This document shows, in pieces, positions 26,183 through 37,473 of a DNA stretch of 64,000 nucleotides. How positions within the stretch are numbered: the first letter of the stretch is position 1; each line of letters opens with the position of its first letter. The position numbers were made by a program, and so were the translations under genes. Source of the DNA: Iphione sp. A-MEVVRFRX5 (Eukaryota); contig OZ320316.1 in NCBI GenBank assembly GCA_976226885.1, positions 39,742,001 to 39,806,000 of the forward strand. The letters run 5' to 3'. The notes beneath the pieces are model-generated. The model was not told where the DNA came from. It did no database searches and saw only the letters and a list, made by a program, of their open reading frames with translations.

Positions 26183-28183
26183 CAAAGTGGCTGATTGTGC
26201 AGGGCCAGGGATGAAGGACGTCGTAGGTGGAAGTTGGCATCGGGGAGATCACAACGTGCGTAACCCGAGATCGTGCAGCAAGCAGTGCCAACTGATGACA
26301 GTCGAGGGAATGTGATTAGTGCACCGGCCCTCCAACCACCAATGCCTATCTTACCCAAACTACAACTCTCTGGGCTTGTTCAGTTCTCCCCCAATGGGCC
26401 CTGGATGTACGCTCCTCCTGGACCGTAACTATATCTCCCTGCCATGTCCTGATCGACAGACTCGACCGACGTAGGGAAGGCACTTGCTTCTCAAGGAACG
26501 ATTGGTGATCACCGTCATATATTCACTTTTCCCTTTCCATGCATAACAATGTTGATATAGCCGGATTAAATACACGGCCCGCATACACAGCTCTTTGATA
26601 GGTGGGTTGGGGGTGGGAGCACAATGGAAATGGGAGGTGGGAGGGGTGAGAGCTGGGGCTGTTCATGACGACATAGCGTCTCTTCACAGAAATTAAAATG
26701 GACGTTTTACACTGCATTGTTACTGGCGCCACACGACGCCTTCTTGTGGTGTGATTAGTTCTTTCTCCTTTCATTAAAACATTACGGTTTGAAAAAAAGA
26801 AATTACAGGAAAAACGCGAAAACTTAATTCCTGAGACATGGGCAATAAAACAGGGATATGGTATTACTCTGAGCAAGCAAAAGACGATCTGGCTGAAAAG
26901 AACACGCAACAAGTCACTATTTCGTTTATTTAATAATCGTCGTAGGGGATGTCTTTTTTTGAAGCGTAATGAAATTGGGGGAAATCGCGCGCTCAAAAAA
27001 GCGACACGATAAGTTAAAATGCGGATTGTGGTTTGAAAGGGGCGTTAGAGGCCGCGAATCTGGTGGGATTAACACATAATCCACGCGATTGTATCAGGGA
27101 ATATTTATTGACCACAAACAGAATGTTGACCCTTATTGGGCAACCTCGTAAAATTCAAACATCATAAAGATGTAGAGACAATGTGGCATTATTTTCACGG
27201 ACAGCCGACTCTCAGCTTGCCAACTGTGGCCATGGGCTTTGGGTCTCTAGGAGCTCATTACAGTTTCATTACAAGGGCAAGACACTTGATAGCTAGGCAA
27301 TGACAAAGGCTGCCTAGATCTATGGACCAGTAAAGTACAATCTGGTCCTCGAGTAAACACTGACTCTGGTCCTCAGTGTCAATCCGGCAATGCCATTATC
27401 AGATCTCCCAGTAATGTTTATGCTCTAAGAGGTCGTCAAGTTCGGGGTTTTTCCCTCGTCGCCCCAATGAGCTGCTCTTGTTGTTGGTCGGCAAAGCAAG
27501 ACCGGGGATTTCCATGGACCACAGCAGCAGACACCTTATCTAAACGGTGAAGTGCTGTGTTTGTCAGCATTGAAGGCGCGCGTGTGTCTGCGCGCGAGGC
27601 CAGGTAACGCTTTAAGCAGACCTTTCCTGGGTTGTAAGCGAGGGTTTCATTGACCGGCTATAAATGCATCGGATGATCATGCACTACATTAACAGGGCAT
27701 TAAATGACAGAGCTGTTTGCAGGGGACGGTCTTTGAAAGTACTTATCTGTTACTTTCTACTGCACTTCTGAGGCCGCCACAAGTCTGTAGTACATGCCAA
27801 CATGACAATGGCACATTTTCACCGCACACCCGAAGAGACAAAGATCAAAGTATTCCGGATAAAAAAAATGATGAAGAAAATGCAATGATGGGCACTGTCC
27901 ATTAATGTCGCATGAATGCCGGATAAAAATATACTTAAAGCAATCGATACTCATATCAATATTTGGCCGTATATACGTCTTGTGGGTCTGTCTAGTCCAT
28001 TCCTGCCTCGGGCTTGGGGGGAGGGGGGCGGGTGGAGCGTTCCTCTTGGTTGACAGCTTAATTACAGTGTTTCGCATAAAAAGATAATACTGTCATCAGA
28101 CGACTGCTATCTGTCAGTATCGTGCATCAGTGTGGACCTCACATTCAGGCCTCAACTGTACCCCTTTCAGACCCATTGATACC

Positions 28184-28197
28184 GTTTCCATGGCAAT
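28184..28197. promoter_or_regulatory. RFX X-box
   Basis: GTTTCCATGGCAAT, one terminal mismatch from GTTTCCATGGCAAC. Confidence 0.4.
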
Positions 28198-31100
28198 GAA
28201 CCGCGAAGGGCTATTGCTCAGCAGATAGGGCGCTGGTTGAGAGGGAGGTTGCTGCTATGATAACCATCCCTGGACATTTCAGTCACATGTCTCCCGTCCG
28301 CCCCCCACCCATATTCATTGCTCTAACCCTGTATCCTCAGAAGCCCCATCACCCCTTTCTCAGACCAAAGAAGGGTATTAACATCACAGACTCCGCGCTG
28401 AAGTCCTCCCGGACAGGCCAACAAAAAAAAATCCGCATAAGCGGCTATCATGGCACGACCGGGTTGCGGAGACTTTAATATTTCATACGTCCAGCATCGC
28501 CACCGGGCCCGACTAGGGCTCGCTGATATGAAGGGCCTCACTACAAACGCTGTCATCACACTATTGCTCATGCATGGTTAAACCTGTGCTGGACCAAGAA
28601 GAGTCAGTCGGTGCCCGAGCTGGCGAGTATCGTGTACTTGATTCATAAAGACCCCCATTCAGCTGATTGACCACTACCAAGCTGACCTTGTCTCACCTAA
28701 ACGTCACTGACTGCTTGAAGGGGATGAACAAACACAGCAGGGAACGGGACAGGGAAGACGCGGGGGTAAAAACCAGTTAGATAACGAGAGCGTTCCGCGA
28801 GATGGCGCTCCAAATGGCTGGGAGCGATGTTACGAAAATACGTGTAACAGTAAGTGGTGCTAGGGGTTTGTGCGTTCATTTCTGTATAGGTGTGTATAGT
28901 GTATTTATGTTATGAGCAACTCCTAACGCCACTGTCCTCCGGTGTGAGTCGCTCGAGACGCCGCCTGACGGCACGGCGCGCGTTGATTGACACAGCTCAT
29001 GGACCATTATTTGCTCGCTGTGCTTGCAGTGTGTGGCTTATGGTAGAATACACAGACAGTTCTATTCACGCTCAAATTGAGATGTGTGTACTACACCGGC
29101 AGCAGGCGTGAGTCTTGAGGCTCCCGCTGCCCATGGCCTCTTGCATAGACTGCACTCTCCTTCTATCAGACCTCCTTCCCTTCCTACTTCCCACCCGCCC
29201 GCCCGCCCATACATCCGCCCGCCTACCCACCTCCTCCAGCACCCTTAGCCATCTTCCAAGCCCCGACAAGGCGCCCTCTTGCCGCCTTGGGAAGGGTGCT
29301 GGTCGGTCTTGGTGGCTGGTCAGTATTATTACTCAGCGAGCGTGGCAGATCCCGTTCGGCCCACATAATTCATGACATATATGTTTAAAGGATGAGGTCA
29401 TCGGGCCGGGGCTTTGTGGTCGGGCACATCACAAGTCCAAGTGGTCACATGGGTCGCTCTAGAGTTAGCAAGAGTCGGAGGTAGAGACGGGATAGTATAT
29501 AGAAGGGGCGGGCGGCCAGGCGGACTGCTTTCTACTGGTCTAGTTTGAGTTGAGGATCAGAGGGACTTCTGTATTTGCTAGAGCCGAACACCCCAGTTCC
29601 TCGGCCCGATCTCGCAGGCCACCCCCCCATCCCACTGCCCGGGCTTGCTATAGTGGGGCCACCCCCTCCCCCGACGCCCCCCATGTGCCAGCAGATCACG
29701 GGTGAAAGACATGTCCTAGTTTCTCGTCCGTGTGTAGGCCGGCCCGTCTGGCCACTCCTGTCCTCCACTGAGGTAATATCATACATCTCCTTCAGCGCTA
29801 ATGGCAAACCCGTTCTTTCCTCCGGCTAGTCGTGGCACACAGTACGGTACAGAGGCCACCGGGGATCATATACCACTGACAGCCACCGGCCCAATCAACA
29901 AGCTCCCTTCACGCTCCAGCAAAACCAAACTAGAGAAAAATGATAAGAAACAAAATAAAAGCATCTTTGGTACTGGTCTCTCTGGTAAGTTCAGGGTACG
30001 GGGTCCTATGAGGCCGTAGTGGAGGGCAGAAATCAAGAGTACAAAACGTAGGCAAAAATAGATATATTGGACATGAACAGAAAAACTCCCGAAGGCCAGC
30101 GTCTTGCGCTGGCTACCAGGAGGTGTACAGTTCAGCTGGCCGCCATGGCCAAGTGTAAAAATGGAACCAACTTGGGGGGGTAACAGAGAGCTCGGGGGAG
30201 AAGGCTCAGAGGGGTTGGTCGGTAAGGCAAAACGTCCGTGGCTCGAACGGTGGGTTGGAGGTACATGAGGAGGGGGTTAGATAGAAATACGGTGTGCAGC
30301 ACCCCACGCTCGCTGCTAGGCCTGGCCTCAGCAGGTCAGGCCCAAGAGCTAACCCAACACACTGACAGCCCCTCCGAAAAAAAACCCGCCTCTCCTGTAT
30401 TTGTTTAACTTGGCCAGCTCATGGTCAGGATCCTGTGCATTCCAACCAAACGCACCCGCTGCTCAAACTCCAGCGAACTTTTTACGGTGCCCCCATAACG
30501 CCACCGCAGACCACGAGCCGTCCTCACCACTGGGGCAAGAATTTTTGCCTTTTTCTTTTTACAATCTTTTCGTTTTTCTTATCGCCCTCCCGACCCTGTC
30601 TTCCCACTTCAGAGCGTCCATCCCTCCCCCACATGCGGTGATTCTTTACACGAGATAAATTGCAAGAAATGATCAGTCTCTTTCCTCATTGCACCATAAA
30701 CGGTAACCGAAAAGTAACACATAGCCGTCCACTACCTATGACTTGTCATTTTCTACACGGGGAAAAACTCTTCGTACACAGGAAACGATCTGGAACGACA
30801 ATAACATGGAAACCTGTACCATAACTGCTTCCCGGTTGGTGACAGGGATGTTGGGCAACCAACTGGTGTACGTAATTGAATCCTCCATTCAGAGACAGGT
30901 GTGACTGTTTCTGTATTGCCAATGGCAACGTCAAGCATTGATAATGATATTGTACACTGTACATATACGTTTCTGTGTATTGCGATATCACAACTAATCG
31001 CACGTAAATATTGATAGGCGGTGAACAACTTTATGTTAACTCAATTAGATTAAGAACACAAGTGTGACTCACTTTTCCTAATAACAGATAAATCTCGATC

Positions 31101-34100
31101 TAAATTTGGGGCTTACTTTTACTTTTAATAAACCAACATCTGGCTTTCTGAAAGTCCAACCAATAATCTCAAATGGCGGCGTCCGCTTTTTGATGTGCCT
31201 AATGTGTGTTTACGTATGCTTTTTCCTTCGGTCCTTTATTTTCCTCTCAGTCCGCAGCTGTCCAGCGACTGGTCGGCGCTGCTAAACTTGCCCGGATGTC
31301 TGCTTCCGGCGAGGATATGACGCGCAACGGTGGCAGCCCGTGACAGGCGGTCAGGCAACTCTGGGCGGGAGAAGAGGGAGCAAAATGAGGTCCCTTAACT
31401 CAACATGCCGGCCGCCATGACGCCAGTCGCCTGCTAGCCCTGTTTCAGTCTACCGTGCACCCTCCCTCTATATCCACCACTACCACCACCACCCTTCAAC
31501 CAGCGCCAGCACCCCAACCGACACTACTGAGAAGCAACCCCTCCCCGAACCCCTCCCCCAACTCTGTAAGTTCTGTATAGCCAGGGGAAAAGTCGGCCAG
31601 CGTCCATAGCTGCGCCATCAGCAGCCTGAGAACGGGCCCCTCTACCAGTGACCTCGGCCAACTCACCATTACAGCACATTGGGTAACCAGATGCCGGCAG
31701 CCCGCCAACAGCCAATCAGCGGCCAGCGTCTCAGTGGCTGCATGGCTACTGCCCGGTTGTCGTCTGGTACCCAATCCGCCGGGATCATGACCTCCAGGCG
31801 GTCTATCCTCGGTGTCCTGCTGCTGCAGGCTTCCTCCTTCCCTTCCTCCAGTGTGTGTGCCTGAGGGCCTGGAAGGAGGGAGGGAATGGGTGGCAAGGGG
31901 TGGGGGGGGGGGCAACGGGGCATAAGAGAGAAAGAGGATCCGTCGCGGGTGGAGTAAAACTAGAGACGGACCGGCATACGAACTTCGACATGGAATCAAA
32001 ATCGCCTCTCATATATGCTGTTATTATGTTGCATTCGTTAGCAATTTTCTTGTATTCACGCTTGTATAAGTTAAAGAAGTACAGGTACATTATAATTTGG
32101 GATATAGAACTTAAATGAATTACATGTGCAAGTATCAATGAAAACTTTGCTTACATAAATGGACACGTTGTTATAATCACCACCTGATAATCAGTACATA
32201 CACATGGTAAAAATAACTCGCAGTGCTATCCAAAAAATATTTTATATCAATATATCGGCAACTTATCGCGATCATGATCAATGGTCTCTTCATGAAGGAA
32301 GCGGTATTATGGCACTGCACGAAGTAAGAAGTCTCAAAATAGACATAACAGAAAGAAGACGTACAGTTAACTCTTCAACTCGTGTTCGTATTTCAGTCTT
32401 TTTAAAGCTCTCGTTAAACTGGCTTGTGCATGATGCGTTCATCGTGTTCGAATCGGCTTCTCATAAACAAAAAACTTTCAAGCCTTATCTGAGCATTGAG
32501 TGTGTCGTGAGAGATAAACGTTGAGATTGAGACGATAACAGGGACTCCTCACCCGTCAATGCTGACTATAGGTTTCATTGAGGCCTAAAAAGCATTCATT
32601 TAAAGCGATGCCAGAGAAGTCCCCTCGTTCGGACAAAGCAGTGCTCGTCGCTGTCAGTTTTTGGTCGGAAATGTGAGTTGTGTTTGATTTGGAGGACCGA
32701 TAAGTTTGGGGCGCTCACCTGTGGGACCAGGTGGTGCGGTAGGGTTAGGGGTTTGGGGAGTCGGCGCGGGTAGATTGGCGTCCAGCAGGTAGGCTTTCGT
32801 TGTGGCGATGTTGGTCGGTGGTGGGTGGCAACGTGGGCACAGAGTGCCCAGGTGGGCTCCATGCTTTGCTCGCCCGCTACCACTGTGACATGACATGGTG
32901 CTCCTGCCCGTTTACCCGCCATTCTCATCCACCCCCTTCCCTCCCGTTCCATTACCCTACCCAACCCCCGCCCCGACCGTGACCGCGAGAAGGCAAGCCT
33001 CCCTCCCCGTGTGGCCTGGGTCATGACATCGGCAAGACAGAGGGGGGCGCCAGCAACAGGATGGCCTTCACGTCCTCACGGGCCTCCATGCATAGAGAGC
33101 GCACAGACCCACCGCTGTCTCTTGACATGGTCACTGGAAAACATGTCAACTCCACGCATGACTTGTTCCGAGCTAACAGGTTTAGCCCATGTCAATTTGA
33201 GGGTACACGGACCATAGTAGGGTGCTTGGAAGGAGACGGAAATATACCGTGAGTTCTTATAAGGCAAAAACTACGGTTGGTGAATTGGAGTATCTGTGGT
33301 TTGAGGGTGGAAGGACTGATGGTGGCTCTCGTATACAGTAGTCGGGGGTCGTGGTGCAAAGACAAAGATTTCATTTCAAGTAGCCCAACTTGCGCCAGCA
33401 GTGAAAACAGCCCACACTCCTCTTGAGTCGCGTAGCCAGGGGGCAAGTTTTGTTCAGAACGGTCATAAGATGGACAGGTAGAAAGGCTTATTATGACTGG
33501 GTGTGGACAGGACCTTCTCATGGACACCTCACAAAGGAGATATGACAGCCGGCCGACATTTGAGGCTACGCATACAGACTGGCCGCCCGACAAAAGCAAC
33601 CCCCGGTTATGGGCTCACCTTACAACAATATCCTTCTGACATCTCTTACCTCACCCGCGCTCAACCTCTTTGTCCAAGCGGCGGGTTCAAATGGAGCGCC
33701 GGTTTGCTGGGCAATCAGAGCTCTGCATGGGACAGGCCAGCTCAGGGTGACAGTTGTGGAGAGAGTTCATGGCCATCAAACTCCTGGCTGCTCCAACGAC
33801 TGGCTTGGCGGTCCAAAGTGTGACCAGTGAAATTACCACGTACTATCTAAAAACCGTTCGGCAAACCTCACGCTTGTCTAACAAAAAACGCGAGATGGTG
33901 TGAAAAAATACAATGGACAGGAGAATTTAAACTGGCCCCTGCACCAGCAACGGACAACCAGTCCCTGCCTCTTTTTACAGGCTGAGTTTTTACACATTTT
34001 TCCCATAAAGACACCGTGATGCTTTCAACTGAAAATGATTAAAAAAGCAAGTGGCATAAGGTGTAACAGAAAGTCAGCATATGACAAGTTAAGGCTCCCT

Positions 34101-34416
34101 TATCAAACGACTTCCTTGTCAAAAGCAAATACTAGGGAAGGCCAATATTTTTTACTAAAAAAAGCAAAGCTTAACAACAACTAAATCTATGCATTATGTC
34201 ATGCTCGCTATCGTGTCTGAACTATGGCACAGGACTCTTTTCCTACATACTGCTTAGAATAATTCCTTTCTGAGTGGTATTAATTGAGTCTATAGAAATC
34301 GGTCCGCTAGATGTGTTTATTTATCTTGCACGAACGTGCTCAGTCTGGTGCCGTTTTGATACTTCTGCTACGTCTGATGCAGCTGCAAGCTACTGCTGCT
34401 GTCTCGGAGACGCTCT

Positions 34417-34430
34417 GCTGCCATGGTGAC
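34417..34430. promoter_or_regulatory. RFX X-box-like
   Basis: GCTGCCATGGTGAC (reverse complement GTCACCATGGCAGC) in a GC island. Confidence 0.3.
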
Positions 34431-37400
34431 GGCTTCCTGAGCGAATGCCGCCCTGGTGGTGACGTCGGTCATTAGAACCAGCCGATCTGTGTGCCATCAC
34501 GCCCTCCTCTCACTCCTCCCTTCACATCTCCCACCATCCTCTCCTATCTCCTCTTTCTCTCGTGGCGGCCGGACTCCCCTAACCCTACTCTCAGCCATTC
34601 TCCGAGTCTTTGCCTTCGGAAATCTCCCGTTGGCAAAGAGCTGCTCTCGAATGACTCGCGACCCCAGCAACTCTCAGCGCCAATTGCTCGCCCGTCTAGG
34701 ACCCAATTGGGCCGAGTGTCAGGAGGGGCCGATCGGCCATCGCGATGGCCTCGGAGAGCACAGTGGCAAACAATTGCCATGGGTGTTATTGAGTTGTGTC
34801 ACAACGTAACAAGCAAATGTTGCCGGCGTGGAGTAACAACATGTAACAACCTCGTACGGTTCACACAACTTACGCACTCCACCAGCCTCGTTGGACAAGC
34901 AATGGCTGTAGTCATGGCTGCAGTACATGGATAAGGCGAAAAGATAGTAGAAGCGAGTCGTTTTTGGAGCCTTCAAAAAGAAAATTGGTCATGCCCCCCC
35001 TAGAAAAAAATATCACAGGGTTTAATTTGTTATTTCAAACAAACCTACATATACACGTGTGTTACATATATATGTTCTACTAATACGGAGGGGAATAAAG
35101 GGTTAAACCATTCAACTCGAATTGGTGTAAGAAAACGACTTCGACAGAAAAAAATAATTGAAGAAGTATTCATGGCTCGGTATCCCGTAATATGTTGCAA
35201 TGAGGGAACACTTTCTGAACAGCAGGATAGTAAAATAGCAACAAAACAAGTGTGCGACACGACACAAACATAACGTAAACACAAAGGCACTGGCGAAAAC
35301 AACACTATGTAAATATCAAAATGACATTTAGGAACTTGTAGAAAAAACATATACTACTCATGGTTAACTAAAGCGAGTTGAAGTAACCGTCTGGACCCGT
35401 AGTGGACAACGGTCAGTGGGGCCACGCTTGACAGCTGACCCGGCCCGGCCACTCGGGCCCGGCGCCCGGCACGCGCCGCGCGGCCACCCGGCCAGACGGG
35501 TTACGTAAGTCGGCGTAAAGGAACGCAATACTCGCCGATTACTGGTCATTAGGGGGAGGTGTGATAATAATCTGGTCAAGTAGATGTAATCCCATTGACT
35601 CTGGGCAATTGACACGTCTGGTCACTTAAAGCTGACCAGAGTCAACACCAGTGAAAGCGTACGGTTCCCCGGGGGCAGGGAGGCGGTGACATATGGGAGA
35701 TCTGGCGGCCGTGTCCTGAAATGGCCGCCGTCGACCCTCACGGCCACATTAGCCGAGGGACCACCACTGTCAGCCGACCTGCATAGTACTCACAAAATAA
35801 GCTATGATCATTTATCATTGAGAGAACGATAAACATTGTCACGGTCCCGCACTGGGGAAAAAACTGGGCCAGATTATGCTATGTTTAGATATGTAGCTAT
35901 GTCATAGTAACCTACTTCATATCGCCTTGTCATACTTAGCAGTGGGTGAGTGATAGGGATCCCCGGCCCTGTTTATACCTAAAATAGGCAGTTATCTCGC
36001 ATTGTCCATCCTACTATGCGGACTTTGACTGTTCGAATTTTTAATTCAATATTTAATTCAATGGTCTTGGTTTAGCTTCCCTATCTTACAATCTGTGTGT
36101 CTACTTGTACAATGTGAACGTTGGGCTTGCTTCTTACTAATCTAAATAATAAAACTGCGACAAATTTATCTCTTAAAATTGTTACATATTATGAATTATA
36201 ATTTAGTATTGTTTGCGTGTAAAGACTAAGTATACATTGTCACAAGCTGTTAATTCTGGACAACAGCTTCCGACATGTTATCCCACATTGAATTTATCAT
36301 CTTTTTCAACAACATGCGTTTCCAAATATACTAAATACGAAAACAAAAAGCAACGATATTGTTCAGGATTTTATGTACCGATGAGTACGTGTTTTTCAGC
36401 TTTTCCCTGATGATTATTCATTTACCTTGAATTCCGAAAACGTGGATTTGTGAAACACATGTATGTGTTCGTGAACTTGCAGATTTTGCTGTCATTTTCT
36501 CGGTTTGAAAAAAAAACACTGTTCAGAAGTCATATGAACAGACCATTGCTATGTCATAAATTTCCACTATGGTATGGAAACCATGTGTTTTGAACCAGCA
36601 CCATTCTAATGGAAATATTTCGAAGATATAGTCGCATTTTAAGAATATAAACTTGAGCACCGTTGGCCACTGCTGCCGCGGTTGGCCACCGTATGTCGCT
36701 AGCATCCATGGTCTGACCACGCGATGAAAAATGTCCGGGAACCTACCAGCCTAGCCGCCTACGATGGCCCTGAGTATGAGAGATCGCTGTAATCCTTCAC
36801 AAACTGCCTCATGTTCCACACGATCACGATAAACACGTGTAGGACAACAAACACAAACACAGATGGGCAAAAAGAGAAAGAAGCGGCCAAGTAGCCGACG
36901 ATGGGCGGACTCTACCCGTCCAGTGGCTGTGGGGCGGCCGCGTTCTTCGCGCCGTTCACCTACTCAACCGTGCAGTGGTTACGCGACATTATCCCCCCTT
37001 ATGTCGCCACTGTCCTGCTGGTGGACACCCCCGCTCTCCTTTCGCCTGTCTCCTGGTCAGTAGGAGCAGGGAAACAGTGATACGAGTCCACAGATGGCTT
37101 GTAAACTGGATGTCCTATCGGCTCCTGGTCTCATAGACCATTGTCAGCTGTTGAAGATGTATTTTAAGCGGCCGAAATGTCAGTGAGAAGGCACGCCAGG
37201 ATGGCTGTGCCCTCATCTGACCAGTGCGGGCCGCCGACCCCTCCGCCACTGAATCGCTATTTCCACCGATCGCTGGCCACGACACGCTAATCCAACAACA
37301 GGGATACTTACGTGTTTCTATCTTCTTCCGTTGTTGCGGCTTTCCTTTACGCCGTGCTGACATTTTGCCTTAGTTTTCATTGAAAACTCGCCACTGCCAG

Positions 37401-37458
37401 GTTTACATTGGACAAAGAACAACAACAAACATGGCGTCGCAGCGTGGAATGCTGGGTA

Positions 37459-37473
37459 GTAGTAGTAGTAGTT
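37459..37473. repeat. Short (GTA)n microsatellite
   Basis: Direct reading, just after the YY1-like AAACATGGCG. Confidence 0.85.

Noticed and set aside
28085-28095. 11-nt match to the 5' end of miR-8/200 family
   Set aside because: Only a 6-bp TGACAG/CTGTCA pairing upstream; no continuous stem.
29703-29713. 11-nt match to the 5' end of miR-71
   Set aside because: No hairpin partner downstream.
32308-32317. 10-nt match to miR-183; similarly a 10-nt miR-29-like match at 57304-57313
   Set aside because: No complementary arm in either case; matches of this length are expected by chance across many families.
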